Shown here piece by piece: positions 25,520 to 39,000 of a stretch of DNA of 64,000 nucleotides. The stretch is from NCBI RefSeq assembly GCF_004010195.1, contig NC_057722.1:39663164-39727163 (forward strand), read 5' to 3'. The notes beneath the pieces were generated by a model that searched no databases, was not told the DNA's origin, and saw only the letters and a list, made by a program, of their open reading frames with translations. The stretch is from Chiloscyllium plagiosum. Taxonomy: Eukaryota. Position 1 is the first letter of the stretch, and each line of letters begins with the position of its first letter. A program made the translations under genes and the position numbers.

Positions 25520-26287
25520 TGTAATGTGATTTGAAAGATGTCGAGATTGTCATACCTGTAGTGAGGTATAGTGTTATTCCGATGATATGAAAGACTAAGA
25601 CCATTCCAGAATTATAAACATCTTAAGCCCCTGAAGCAACTGAAAATTGCATAATATTACAACTGGATTCTGGATGCTTTAGACAGATAAGGACTAGACA
25701 CCATAATATTGCAAACCAATTAACTCTTTACACTAAGTACTGAGAATAGTGCAGAAGGATGTCAGTAGAACCTTCTTAATGTGATCTGCCATTATCTGAT
25801 CACTGATGATGCAATCCAACTATTAGTATTAATCACATATCTTACACCTCCCTGCAAATCTGCTTTACCCATCAACTGTTCACATCATAAACTCCCCCAA
25901 AATATCTTCAAATATTCTTGGCCCATTATGAGTAAATGAATAATGTATTTGCTCTATTATTTTCTCTTTGGCAAAGCAGCTGGAACCTGAGCTACAATAA
26001 TTAATTGAACACAAAGATGGTGAGGCCTGAGTAAGCCAACAATCTGAATTGAGATAGGTTAAAGTGGGAGCCTGAAAAATTAGGACATTTTCAGGTCTTA
26101 ACAAAGAAGTATACAGCTGCATCATTCACTACTGCTGCGATGATGAGAGTTACTCATTGAGGAACCAATCAGAAATTTGGAAAACATTCTGAAGACAATA
26201 TTGAAAATGAATAAATGACAATCTCCCAACTATTCCTAGAGGAACATTTTTTCTTTCTGGGGATACTATTTAGACAGTCTTTTTTAG

Positions 26288-26870
26288 GTCACAGAGTCAT
26301 ACAGCACTGAAACAGGCTCAACTCATCTGTGCTGACCAGGTTTCCAAAACTGAACTAGTCCTCATCTGTCTAAAGCATCCAGAACCCAGTTGTGATTTTA
26401 ATACAGTGTTCAGTTGTTTTGGGGCTAAAGATTTTTAAAATTCTGCAATGGTCTTTGCCTTTCACATCATCGAAATAACACTGCATCTCACTCTATGTGT
26501 GACAGTCTTGATATCTTTCATACTACAATTGCTTTTTGCAAACAAAAATGTCAAAAATTGTGTAACATAACCACGTGAAAATGTCCTTCTCAACCTTTCC
26601 TATTCACGTACCTGTCCAAATGTCTTTCAAATGTTGTAATTGTTCCCACCTCTACCACATCCTCTGACAACTGATTCCATATATGTACCACCCTCTGTGA
26701 AAATGTTACCGCTCTGGTTCCTTTTAAACCTTTCTGCTCTCACCTTAAACTTACGCCCTATAATTTTGGACTCTCCTACCCTGGGGAAAAGACCTTGGCT
26801 ATTTGCCTTATCTATGCCCCCCATGATTTTATAAACTTCTATGAGGTCACCTGTCAGCCTCCAGGGAAAA
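26288..26870 (-). mobile_element. CR1 3' end fragment interrupted by an inverted local copy (26362-26580)
   Basis: CR1 tail sequence at 26288-26361 resumes at ~26583. Confidence 0.7.
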
Positions 26871-27311
26871 AAAGTAGTTAGATTTTTTCCAGATCTTGCC
26901 GAACTTTAATATTCTCAAATTCCATTTGATCTTATCTTTAAGCTTTTTTAAGACACTCATCAGCTGTAGAATGTCTGTAGTTTGAGTCTTTACTGTTTCA
27001 TTTCAAAGAAAAAAATTAGTTCTCCCATAGCTTGCTAATGATAATCAATTGCTGTCTCAGTTTACATTTCCCCATTTAATACTTTTGAATTCTAACAATG
27101 GGCTTTATCCTGTTTGGATTGTAGAGTCTTATTCTTCTGGGACAACCTGCAATTGTAGTTCAACACTACCTTTTGGGAGGTTGATTTTAAGGTTTCAAGC
27201 TTTTCTTTCAATGCATCACAGTCATTTTGACTTTATACTTTGTTGTAGACTGAAGTATGTTAATTTCTACTAATGGAGTTGAGTCATTGTCCACACTATA
27301 TAAACGCTGAT

Positions 27312-27890
27312 CCATATAAATATTGTAGTTATATGTACAGGTCAGGCAGTGGGAGGTTTGCACAAATAACTCACTTCCTGATTCCTCAAAGCCTGTTCAC
27401 CATCCACAAGGCATAATCTAGGAGTGTGATGGAATAATCTCTACTTGCCTGGATGAATGCATGTCCAACAACACTCAAGAAGCTTTCCGAGGCAAAGCAA
27501 AATGCAACCCATGCATTCGCTCCCTCTATGACTAATGGACATTAGCAACAGTGTGTGCCATCTACAAGATGCACTGCAGAAATTCACCAAAAGCTCCTTA
27601 GTAGGCACCTTCCAAAACCACAAGGCTTCCCACCTAGGACAGCAGATATATACTAACACCACAATCTGCACATTCCTCCCCAAGCAATCCTGACTTGGAA
27701 ATATATCTTCATTCCTTCACTGCCATTGGGAACCTTGGAACTGCTGAACAGCATCAGTGAGTCAACCTACACCACATAGGCTGCAGTGGTTCAAGCAATC
27801 AGATTATAGCCATCTTCTCAAAGATAATAAATTGTAGATAATAAATGCTGGCCTAGCCAGTGAAAACCACATCCCATGAATGAATACAAA
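27312..27890 (+). mobile_element. 3' end of old CR1/L2-type LINE
   Basis: caaggca..aggagtgtgatggaata..ccaacaacactcaagaagc...aaatgctggcctagccagtga tail. Confidence 0.7.
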
Positions 27891-28644
27891 GAGCCAACTG
27901 GACCTACAGCATTCCGGTCTTAGTAACCTGAAGGAGTTTCTTTCACAAGGTGTGATTGCAGCTTCTCCAATCGTTAATGTCTTCTTCTGAATGAACAAAC
28001 AAGTTCACCTCCAATGATTTTCCTCAAAAAGCTGGTAGAGATTGCAGGGAGATCATCTGTGCTGCCACATATGTTGATTTTATAAGGTTCACAATCACAA
28101 TTTTCTAATATAGATAATTGACAATTTAAAGCAATTTTCTGATAGTTTATTGAGAAGCAGTCGTTTAGATAGCGCACATTTGTTAAATGGACAAAGAAAA
28201 TAAATATATGATCTGTGACAGATGAGAACACTTTGCCAATCCTGCAACCATTCTGTAAAATGGAGGAATAGGAGCTGTGTACTCCCACACTCTAGATGCC
28301 TTGTGGTCATTTGTGGTAGTCTGGTTGTCTTTGGCAGTCTCTGGTTTAATGGTCTTTGGAGAACTCCTGGTTTTCTGCCAAGGAGATAGTATGGCTTGTC
28401 TGCAAAAATCTTTTTGTTTCTTCTTCCCCGCTTATCCCTGTTAATACAGCTTATTTTGAAGATTAGCCATCTATGCTATATCAATCACCTGTCTAAATCC
28501 TCTTGGTCATTTAACATGGACAGCACCTAATGACATTGAATGACCATTGCCCGCTTATCCGCTTCCATTCGAACATTAGTTTTCATTCACTCTAAGAATA
28601 AAATCTTCCTGTTTTTCAATACAAACAATACAAAATAATTCAGC

Positions 28645-30953
28645 GAGTTTTGAGAAGATTTATAGCTCAGTTTGAGGTTTTGGATGTAGGTTTGCTCGCT
28701 GAGATGGGAGCTTCATTTCCAGACATTTCATCACCTTACTAGGTAACATCTTCAGTGGGCCTCAGGCAAAGCAGTGAACATGATTCCTGCTTTCTGTTTA
28801 TATGTTTGGGTTTCTTTGGGTTGGTGATGTTATTTCCTGTGGTGATGTCATTTCCTGTTCTTTTTCTCAGGGCTAGTAGATGGGGTCTATTTCGATGTGT
28901 TTGTTGATAGAGTTCCAGTTGGAATGCCATGCTTCTAGGAATTCTTGTGTGTGTCTCTGTTTGGCTTGTCCTAAAATGGATGTGTTGTCCCAGTCGAAGT
29001 GGTGTCCTTCCTTATCTGTATGTAAGGATACTAGTGAGAGAGATACTAGTGTAGTGTTTGTTACAGTTCTTGCAAGGTATTTTGTAAATGTCATTAGTTT
29101 TGCTTGTTGTCTGTATAGGGTCTTTCACTCAATACACAAGAAAGGAAAGCACTGGAAAGACTAAAAAAAATAAAAACATTGTTATCCTACCTGTAGACAA
29201 AGGACGCTTGACAGTCATTCTAAATCAAAGAGACTACATTGAGAAAGTGAATGCACTATTTACAGATACCAACACTTACCAACAAGTGGCAATAGATCCA
29301 ACCCCACAACTCAAGACCAAATCATGGCCTTACTCAAAAAACTTCAGAAATTTGGAGAAATAAATAAGACCGACTTCCAAAAAATGAAACCAGATGCATC
29401 CAACACACCATGCTTCTATGGATTACCCAAAATTCACAAACCAGGAGCCCACCTCAGACCCATAGTCTCGCTACCTGGAACACCAACTTACAGATTAGCC
29501 AAGGAGCTACACCAAAGATTGAAATACTTAATAGAAGACTCACGCCACTCCATCCTGAAGACTCACGCCACCCAAGAATTCCTGAAGACCATCAAAGACA
29601 CTAAGATAGAACAGGATGAAATAATGTTCTCCTTTGATGTAACAGCCCTGTTTACATCAATCAACATTAACCTGGCCAAGGAAACACTGACTACACTATT
29701 AGACGACCCAAAGACACATACTCCAAACACCACTAACTTCATCAGCAAGAACAGTATCGTCAAGCTACTGGACCTATTCCTTACCACACACTTCATCTTC
29801 AACAACAAAACCTACAGACAAACCAACAGAACACCCATGGGATCTCCGATATCAGGGTTCTTAGCAGAGGCAGTAACACAGATACTCGAACAAACAACTC
29901 TGCCAACTACCTTTGGATGACACCTTTGTCATCACTAAATGAAACAAATTAGAGGAAATCTTCAAGACCATCAGAAATACCCTTAATGGCATATAATTCA
30001 CTAAAGAGGAGGAAAACAACAATAAACTGCTATTCCTAGATGTCACAGTAGAGCAAACAGCCAATGGGCAACTTCAAACCAGCGTCTACAGGAAAACAAC
30101 AAATATGGACCAAATATTGAACTATAGAAGCAATCATCCCAACACCCACAAACGAAGCTGCATCAGAGCATTATTTCAATGAGCCAACACACACTGCAGC
30201 ACAAAGGAACTACGCAGAGCAGAAGAAAATTACCAATACCGTGTATTCAAAAAGAATGGGGACCCAATGAACACAGTCTGCCAATTTCTCAGCAACAAAC
30301 TTAAACAAGCAGACAAAACACATCCAGAAACACTAGCCACTCTCCCCTATATCAAAGACATGTCAGAAAACTGCCAGATTACTCAGACCCTTTGGCATCA
30401 TGGTAGCCCACATATCCACCAACACACTAAAACTGCAGCTAATGTACCTGAAAGACCCTATACAGACAACAAGCAAAACTAATGTCATTTATAAAATACT
30501 GTGCAAGAACTGTAACAAACACTACATTGCACAAACAGGCAGAAAACTAGCCACCAGGATACATGAATACCAACTAGCCACAAAATGATATGACTCTGTC
30601 ACTAGTATCCTTACATACAGATAAGGAAGGACACCACTTCGACTGGGACAACACATCCATCTTAGGACAAGCCAAGCAGAGACACGCACGAGAATTCCTA
30701 GAAGCATGGCATTCCAAACGGATGTCTCTCCACAATCACATCGAGTGAGACCCCATCTACCACCCCCTGAGAAAAAGATCAGGAAATGACATCACCGCAG
30801 GAAATAACATCACCACCCAAAGAAACCCAAACATATAAATAGAAAGCAGGAATCATGTACACTGCTTTGCCTGAGTCCCACTGAAGATGTTACCTAATAG
30901 GATGATGAAATGTCTGGAAATGAAGCTCCCAGCTCAGCGAGCAAACCTACATC
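28645..30953 (+). mobile_element. Penelope-like element (RT + GIY-YIG), 5'-truncated, with inverted left pLTR (28645-29040)
   Basis: VILPVDKGRLTVILN, FYGLPKIHKPGAHLRPIVS, FDVTALFTSI, TPMGSPISG; GIY-YIG NVIYKILCKNCNKHYIAQTGR; hammerhead motifs at 28718-28759 (-) and 30877-30918 (+). Confidence 0.93.
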
Positions 30954-32687
30954 TGTGAGTCATATAATGTCTCCTCTGTTTTCATTTACGAGAGGTTTGG
31001 TTGTATTTGCAGAAGGATAGTTACCGATATGGCATAGTTAAATGAGGGTTTGTGTTCCACAGAAAATGCCAAATAGGAATGTTAAGTGGACCCAAGTTTA
31101 AGGATATCCCAATTTCTAACAAACAAGTTCAAATGAAGATTCAGAACCTCTTCCTCCAACACATCATCTTCATTTTCGTCTACTTTTTTTCTGAAATAGT
31201 AACGTAAGGTTTACAACATCACCTTTCACCTTTATCTGGGAAGTATTGTTTTCACACCTCTTCTAGCTCCCCCTCAAAGAGAAATGGAAGAACTGCAGAA
31301 TCCACTGGTTCCAGGGTTGGTGTTTTTTTTATCATTTATTACTGATTCACATCATAACGTTTCAACTTCTGCAGTTGATGAATAAAGGAGATTCAAAGCT
31401 ACACAAACATCTCTGTTTAAAAAGGAAAATGCTGATTAGAAGTGACACACAGATTGTGTGTAATCTTTCTCCTATGTATAGCATGCACCTGCCCAGTACT
31501 CTTATTGAAATACCTTCTGCATCCTGAAGTTGAATGGAAGACAGATGGAGAAATTTAGGCTTCAACTAGACTGTGGGATCTGAAAGAATGAATATCCTGT
31601 TCCTTAGTTCTCTTGCCATTCTAGACTTCTGTATTTGCTATTAAGCAAGCTTTCTCACAAATTGACACTTCATTATCTGTAGCACTTTGGCAAATTTGAA
31701 CTGCTTCTGTTATTTCTTGTAAACTTCAGTTTGCAGTACAGATCGTCCACAAACACCAATCCCAGTATTTTTAAACAGTGCATGTCATGATTCTGAGACC
31801 ATTAAAATCTAGGATTGCTGAATCCTGGTTACAGTCAAAAAGCATCTAATTCCCTGTTGGAACAGGACTTGGTGAACAGAAGGCTTAGTTCCAAGAGTTG
31901 ATTCAGAATCACCAATGTTTGTCCACAGGGAATTTTTGTCCAACTGATGCTCCCACTGTTGAGCAGCAAGTTTGCTGTCATAAAAAGTACTTGAATTTTG
32001 AAATCTCACTTTAGGAGAAGTTCAGCTGATAACTCAGCTATTAAAAGAATCAGACTGGTCTCCCGGAAGCTACTAGTCAGTTATCAAAATATTCTTGGCA
32101 TTTCACAAGTCTTTGATTCAAATATACAATCTCAAGTAGAAAATATTCTCATGTTATTATACTTCATCAAACCACATGTGAGATAACTAAATATCTATTA
32201 CTTGCCCCAATTGCTGGCAGTCTTGCTCTATCAGGATATAAATTGGTCTTTCATTTCTTTGTGTAGGAGTTTGTTATGAAATGGTCCACAATCTCCATGT
32301 TAGTTAGAAGTGCTTTAAAATCCAATCCCAAAATCAAACTAGTAGCAGTACTAGGGGAACTGTACTATTGATTTCAATTTTTAGCCACTTGCCTCTAACA
32401 CAATATTATTTCCTATTGCAAGTGATACCTCTGCTATATTGATAGAGGCCTCCTATGTCAAAAAGATAGAATAAGATAATCAATAATCTCAACTATTCAA
32501 CTAACAGTCCGGAAAAATTCAACCACCATCATTAAATTGTTCTGCCTTTATTTAAAAACAAATATTACTTACAGATCTATTTTTAGTTCTATTCTGTGTT
32601 TCACAAATACCTTATGTGTCCTGCATGTAAGTGTCAACACTGAGAGTCATCCATTGTGTAAATGAGTGAGGATAAATGGACCTCCAT

Positions 32688-33029
32688 GGCAGCATGGTGG
32701 CTCATTGGTTAGCATTGCTGCCTCACAGTGCCAGGAACTCAGGTTCGATTCCAATGTTGGGGCGACTGTCTGTTTGCATATTCTTCCTGTGTTGTGTGGG
32801 TTTTCGCCAGGTGTTCTGGTTTCTTCCCACAGACCAAAGATATGCAATTTAGGTGGATTGGTCATGTTAAATTGCCCGTAGTGTTGAGGGCTGTGTAGGT
32901 TAGGTGCATTAAGACTGGAAATGCAGGGTAATAGGGTAAAGGGATGGGTCTGGGTGGGATGATCCTCAGAGGGCTGGTGTGGACTTGTTCGGCCAAATGG
33001 CCTGTTTCCACACTGCAGGAATTCTATGA
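32688..33029 (+). mobile_element. HE1-like SINE
   Basis: tRNA-like head, core and tail. Confidence 0.85.
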
Positions 33030-33079
33030 ATATCTCAACATTAGGTGGTGGTCTTCTTGTTCTGTGATGGAGGGTTAGA

Positions 33080-34820
33080 TCAGAGTACTAGATTTTCCAT
33101 CCATTCAGGTATGATTGAAAAATCCAACCCGTACAGACAATCAATTTCACTATGATACAGATACCCACCTCGATTTGATTCTGTTCTTCTCCAAACTGTC
33201 TTCCTTCTCACTTCTACTATTTGCTTCTAATATTTCTAGTGTTAGCAAGCTCCACATTCTCACTATTCTTTGGATAAAAACCATTCTTCTGAATTCCCCA
33301 TTGGATATTTGGTAACAATCTAATATTGATTGTCCCAGGTTATGTTCTTCCTTGCAAGAAGAAATACTTTCTGTTTGGTCAATCAGTTAAAACCTTTCAG
33401 AATTGTAAATAGATGTCTGTAAATTCACTCTTCAGGCTTCTTTTTATTAAAGAAAAGAAACTCAGCCTGTCAGTCCCTTCCTAATGTTATGTACACATAT
33501 TTCTGGTAGCATTCTTATAAAGCTTCTTTACCCTCTCCAAATCTTTTTCTTATAACATGGGAACCAGAAAAACACAAAGCACTCTCAAGTGCCATCTAAA
33601 TAACGTTCTATACAGACTTAAACACACAGAAATTGTTGGAGAAACTCAGCAGGTCTGGTAGCATCACTGGAGAGCTCTCTCCACAGATGTTTCACACCTG
33701 TTAAATTTCTCAGGCACTTTCTCATTTGTTTCAGATTTCCAGCATATGCAGTATTTTACTTTTATTCTAGGTAGGTTTAGCCTAATTTCTCTATGATTCG
33801 ATTCTATCCCTCTTGAAATAATGCCCGGTATATGGCTAGTTTATTTATAATGGCCTTGCGAATCTATGATGCAGCTTTCTATGATTGATATATTTATACT
33901 CCATGATCTCTTTGTTTCTCTACCCCACTGAGGCCTACACTTTCCATGTAAAAAATGACCTCTCAATTCTTTCAATCAAAATCTATTACCTCACACCTAT
34001 CTGTGTTGATTTGCCAATTATTTGCCCATTCTTCACATTTATTTATGGCTTCTGAAATTTATAGCAGTTTTCCTCAGTATTGACAGACCTCCAATTTGGT
34101 GTTATCCTTAAATTTGGAAATTGAATTAGTTTATTCCAAGATATAAATCATTAAGTACATTGTGAATAGCAGTCATCCCGAAACTATCCTAATGGAACGT
34201 CACTTCCCACTTTCTGCTACTCTTCTTTTTGCTTTGCAACCATCAAGTAATCCCTTCAGTGACTTGAACTCTGACTTAACATTCTTTGAGCTTATTCATT
34301 AGTACCACATTATGGAATGTTGTTTGGGAATACAGAGAAATTGCATTACCCCATTGTTACCTCCTCATAAACTTCAAAACATTTGGTCAAGAAAGATTTC
34401 CCATTTTGAAATCCATACTGACAATTCATAATTATTTATTTCTTTATTTATAGATCTTCTAATATTCTCTCATTTGCTAGGGATTCTATATTTTTCCTGC
34501 CACAGATATTAAGACTAATCCATAATTCTCTGGACATTTTCTGACCTCTTCTTAAATGTAGGAATTATATCATTTATCCTCCAGTATTCTGGCACTATAC
34601 ATTTTTCCAAAAAATTATTAAATGTATCTAGTAATGCCTTTGTTATCTCCAGATTCTTTTGTAATTTGTGGCTGCATTCCATCTGATCGAAGGGCATTAT
34701 CCTCTTTTGGTTTGATTAGTTTGTTCACCATTTTGAAATTTTAAATGCAATTATTCAATCTCTCACCTCATTGTTCAGTGACATGTCTACATATTCTATC
34801 TCCATGTTAAATACTGAAAT
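33080..34820 (-). mobile_element. Old CR1 LINE with a nested inverted pLTR remnant (~33620-33770)
   Basis: VPEYWRINDIIPTFKK and other RT remnants. Confidence 0.6.
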
Positions 34821-34823
34821 ACT

Positions 34824-35121
34824 GCGGCACAGTGGCTAAGTGGTTAGCACTGCTGCCTCACAGTACCAGGGTCCCAAGTTTGATTCCAGCCTCAGCCAAC
34901 TGTCTGTGTGGAATTTGCACATTCTCCCCATGTCTGCGTGGGTTTCCTCCAGGTGCTCCAGTTTCCTCCCATAGGCCAGGTGAGTTGGCCATGGTAAATT
35001 GCCCATAGTGTTAGGTGCATTAGTCAGAGGGAAATGGGTCTGGGTGGGTTACTCTTCGGAGGGTTGGCATAGACTGGTTGGGCCGAAGGGCCTGTTTCCA
35101 CACTGTAGGAAATCTAATCTA
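34824..35121 (+). mobile_element. HE1-like SINE
   Basis: gcggcacagtggctaagtggttagcactgctgcc...aatctaatct tail. Confidence 0.9.
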
Positions 35122-35377
35122 CAAAAAAAAATGAACACAAGTAAACAGAAATAGACTATTTGTCCCCTCAAGCCTGCTCAGCCATTCAATATGATCATGG
35201 CTTAAATTAGTTATTTAATATTTTTGCTATCATTCTATTGTTATCCATGAAACTACCTTTTCTATTTTTCAAAGGCCCTATTCTCAGCTCTTATTTTCAG
35301 TTGATGTGCATGTTAAATACTTATAAAAATGCATATTTTGTTTCATGTTCCTTTATAATTCAATTTCATAATACCAC

Positions 35378-36677
35378 ACATGTATTTGGAAAGGCAAGGA
35401 CTGATTAGGAATAGTCAACATGGCTTTGTACGTGGGAAATCATGTCTCACAAACTTGATTGAGTTTTTTTGAAGAAGTAACAAAGAGGATTGATGAGGGC
35501 AGAGTGGTAGATGTGATCTATATGGACTTCAGTAAGGCGTTCAACAAGGTTCCCCATGGGAAACAAGTTAGCAAGGTTCGGTCTCATGGAATATAGGGAG
35601 AACTAACCATTTGGATACAGAACTGGCTCAAAGGTAGAAGACAGAGGGTGGTGGTGAAGGGTTTTTCAGACTGGAGGCCTGTGTCAGTGGAGTGTCACAA
35701 GGATTGGTGCTGGGCCCTCTACTTTTTGTCATTTACATAAATGATTTGGATGAGAGCATAAGAGGTACAGTTAGTAAGTTTGCAGATGACACCAAAATTG
35801 GAGGTGTAGTCAGTGAAGAGGTTTACCTCAGATTACACGTGTTCTTGATCAGATGGGCCAATGGGCTGAGGAGTGGCAGATGGAGTTTAATTCAGATAAA
35901 TGTGGGGTGCTGCATTTTGGGAAAGAAAATCTTAGCAGGACTTACACATAATGGAAAGGTCCTCAGGAGTGTTGCTGAACAAAGAGACCTTGGAATGCAG
36001 GTTCATAGCTCCTTGAAAGTAGAGTTGCAGGTAGATAGGATAGTGAAGAAGACGTTTGCTTTCCTTTATTGGTCAGAGTATTGAGTACAGGTGTTGTGAG
36101 GTTATGATGCAGCTGAACAGGACAGTGGTTAGGCTATTTTTGGAATATTGCGTGCAGTTCTGGTGTCCTTCCTATTGGAAAGATGTTGTGAAACTTGAAA
36201 GGATTCAGAAAAGATTTACAAGGATGTTGCCATGGTTGGAGGATTTGAGCTATAGGGAGAGGTTGAATAGGCTAGGGCTGTTTTCTCTTGAGTGTCAGAG
36301 GCTGAGGGGTGACCTTATAAAGGTTTATTAAATCATGATGGGCATGGATAGGATAAATAGACAAAGTCTTTTCCCTGGGGTCGGGAGTCCAGAACTAGAG
36401 GGCACAGGTTTAGGGTGAGAAGAGGCCTAAGGGGCAACCTTTTCACGCAGAGGGCGGTATGTGTATGGAATGAGCTGCCAGAGGAAGTGGTGGAGGCAGT
36501 TTTACAATTGCAACATTTAAAAGGCATCTGGATGGGTATATGAATAGGAAGGGTTTGGAGGGATATGGGCTGGGTGCTGGCAGGTGGGACTAGATTTGGT
36601 TGGGATATCTGGTCGGCATGGATGAGTTGGACCGAAGGGTCTGTTTCCTTGCTGTACATCTCTATGACTGTATGACT
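35378..36677 (+). mobile_element. CR1/HER1 LINE, RT to 3' tail
   Basis: [30 protein letters not shown]; tail tctatgactgtatgact. Confidence 0.92.
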
Positions 36678-38172
36678 CTTTGCCTCCTAATCTCTGTATT
36701 TTCACTTAATATGCAGTCCTTTGCTGTCTATGTAGTAGTACATATCTCTTTCCTAAACTCTAACGTTCTCTTCTCCATGGTGACTCACTGGTGTTTAGGT
36801 TGTTCTCTATTTTTTAGAAAAATGCATTTTTTCCTGGACCCTGCTGAACACTGTACAAATGCTGTGATAAATAGTCATTTGCCGATAATTGTTTGAGATC
36901 TGATAGTATTCAAACTTATGAGAGGCATGGACACCACAGACCAGGAAATGCTACTTACAATGTTTGAAGAAAATAAATATAGGATTATCAGTACGATAAA
37001 CAAGTGTTCAGGACTTCTATTTTAATAATGAAGGATTGTTAGTTACAGAATGCGCTACTAGAAAAAAAGATGCAAACTATGTGGAAGAAAATGTGGTAGA
37101 ACACAAGTGAATGTACTTTGCTTTTGGAATTTAATCACATTAAAACATTTGGAATCATTCTAGAAATTGTGGTGGTATAACTGCAGGTTTCTGTAGGAGG
37201 ACATACTTTATAGACAAAATGACCTCCTTCATAAGTCATATTTTGTTTCTTGTTTGATTTTTGGCAAATGTGGTATTCATAATTGCCCAGTCAATTAAAA
37301 ACAAGATATGAAAGACCTAATTTGCAGTCAATGGACTTCTTACTGTTTGTGATGGTCATTTTGTGACTTTTGTGCCATGAATCATATTGGCAAATTCACT
37401 GGATAGTTTTCCCCAGCATTATTTGAATGCAAGTGTGTAGACTTTATCGAAGCCTTATTTGTTTTATTGTCAACGGGTTCTCAGTTTTTCAGTTTTGGTG
37501 CTGTTACTTCCAGACTGATACAACAGTGAAATAATTTGCCTCATGGAAACTTGATTTTGCACTGCATAACAGAGTATCACACTGGTCTTCAGCACATAGT
37601 GCAGAGACATTAAAAAAACTGATAATGACTTTCCCAGATGCTGTTTATGATGAAGTAAACAAGTTTGTTTTTATACAGCTATAATTTATGTTCTTTATGC
37701 ATTTAAAGTTCAGAAATTTTGTAATAGGTGGAATATACAATTATTTGCTATTCACTGATTAGAATGGCAGCTGAAGCCTTCTATCTTCATTAAATTAAGC
37801 AATGTGGAAGAATTGTACAACAGTGCTGTGCAATAAAATTGTAAATCTTTTAGAGATTTGCTGCTATAATGGGGGCAATTAAAGTAATATTAATGTACTA
37901 CAGTATCAATCTATTCTATTAACACTCATTGTTCTCTTGTTTTGACTCAGAGTGGATTGAAGATCTACTCTTTCAATTCAAATGATTAGATAATTGAATT
38001 ATTACTGTGAAAAAATTTATTTTGACTCATCAGTAGATGGCATCAGAATCTAAATTATATTGAATCAAGCATTAGTGTACCAATTGTAACAAGGTCAGGT
38101 AAATAGAATATGAGTTCCCTGATTGGGGCTGTTAAACTGGTCCAATCATAGAGTCCTGGCTGAGGAGTGTCA

Positions 38173-38508
38173 ACACCCTTGATCTATTCAGGGAGAGGTG
38201 GGCACCCGCAGAGAGTGGAGTGTATTGTTTCCCCGTCCAATTCTATTTTGACCTAATCCCTGACCCTCTCCTTCACTGTTTGATCACGCAGCATTGCCCT
38301 TTGATGTGAAGGGCACTGCTTGTCACTGGCCACTTGGTGTTTCTTTTCTTCCTGGTGGTGGAAACTGAATAAAGATTCGTGCACCTTGTGTCTTTCACTG
38401 TGTGTCACACCTGCGCGCACACAACATGGGTGCGGGGGAATAAATAAGCACTACTGCGGTTAGGCGGTAGTGAGGGGTAATAAAAAACTAAAAAAAAAGT
38501 AAAAAAAT
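38173..38508 (+). mobile_element. 5'-truncated Tx1/L1-type retroelement 3' end, copy 1
   Basis: NTLDLFRERWAP..VECIVSPSNSILT* ORF end, 3' hairpin 38449-38472, A-rich tail. Confidence 0.65.
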
Positions 38509-38651
38509 AAACATGAGTGTCAGGCATCCTGTTCACTCTGAGAGCTGGCTCTGGGGGAGCTGGACTGGTGTCGGAGACTCTCCCTTGTTTGTGTCGGGGG
38601 GCGGGGGGGGGGGTTACTGATTCTGGGAAAAAAAAATAAACAGGAGTGTCA

Positions 38652-39000
38652 ACACCCTTGAGCTATTCAGGGCTAGGTGGGCACTGCAGGGAGTGGAGTT
38701 CATATTTCCCCATCCAATTCTATTTTGATTCATTCCCTGCCCTCCCCTTCACTGTTTGATCACACAGCATTGTCCTTTGATGTGAAGGGCACTGCTTGTC
38801 ACTGGCTACAGGGGTGTTTCGTTTCTTCCTGGTGGTGGAAACTGTATAAAGACTTGTTCACCTTGTGTCTTTCACTGTGTCTCACACCTGCACACACGCA
38901 ACATGGGTGCAGGGGAAAAATAAGCACTACCGCAGTTAGGCGGTAGTGTGGGGGAGAAAAAAGAGAAAAACAATAAACAGAAACAAAACCATAAAAACAT
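38652..39000 (+). mobile_element. 5'-truncated Tx1/L1-type retroelement 3' end, copy 2
   Basis: Homologous to copy 1; 14-bp TSD aaacaggagtgtca (38638-38651, 39001-39014). Confidence 0.7.
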
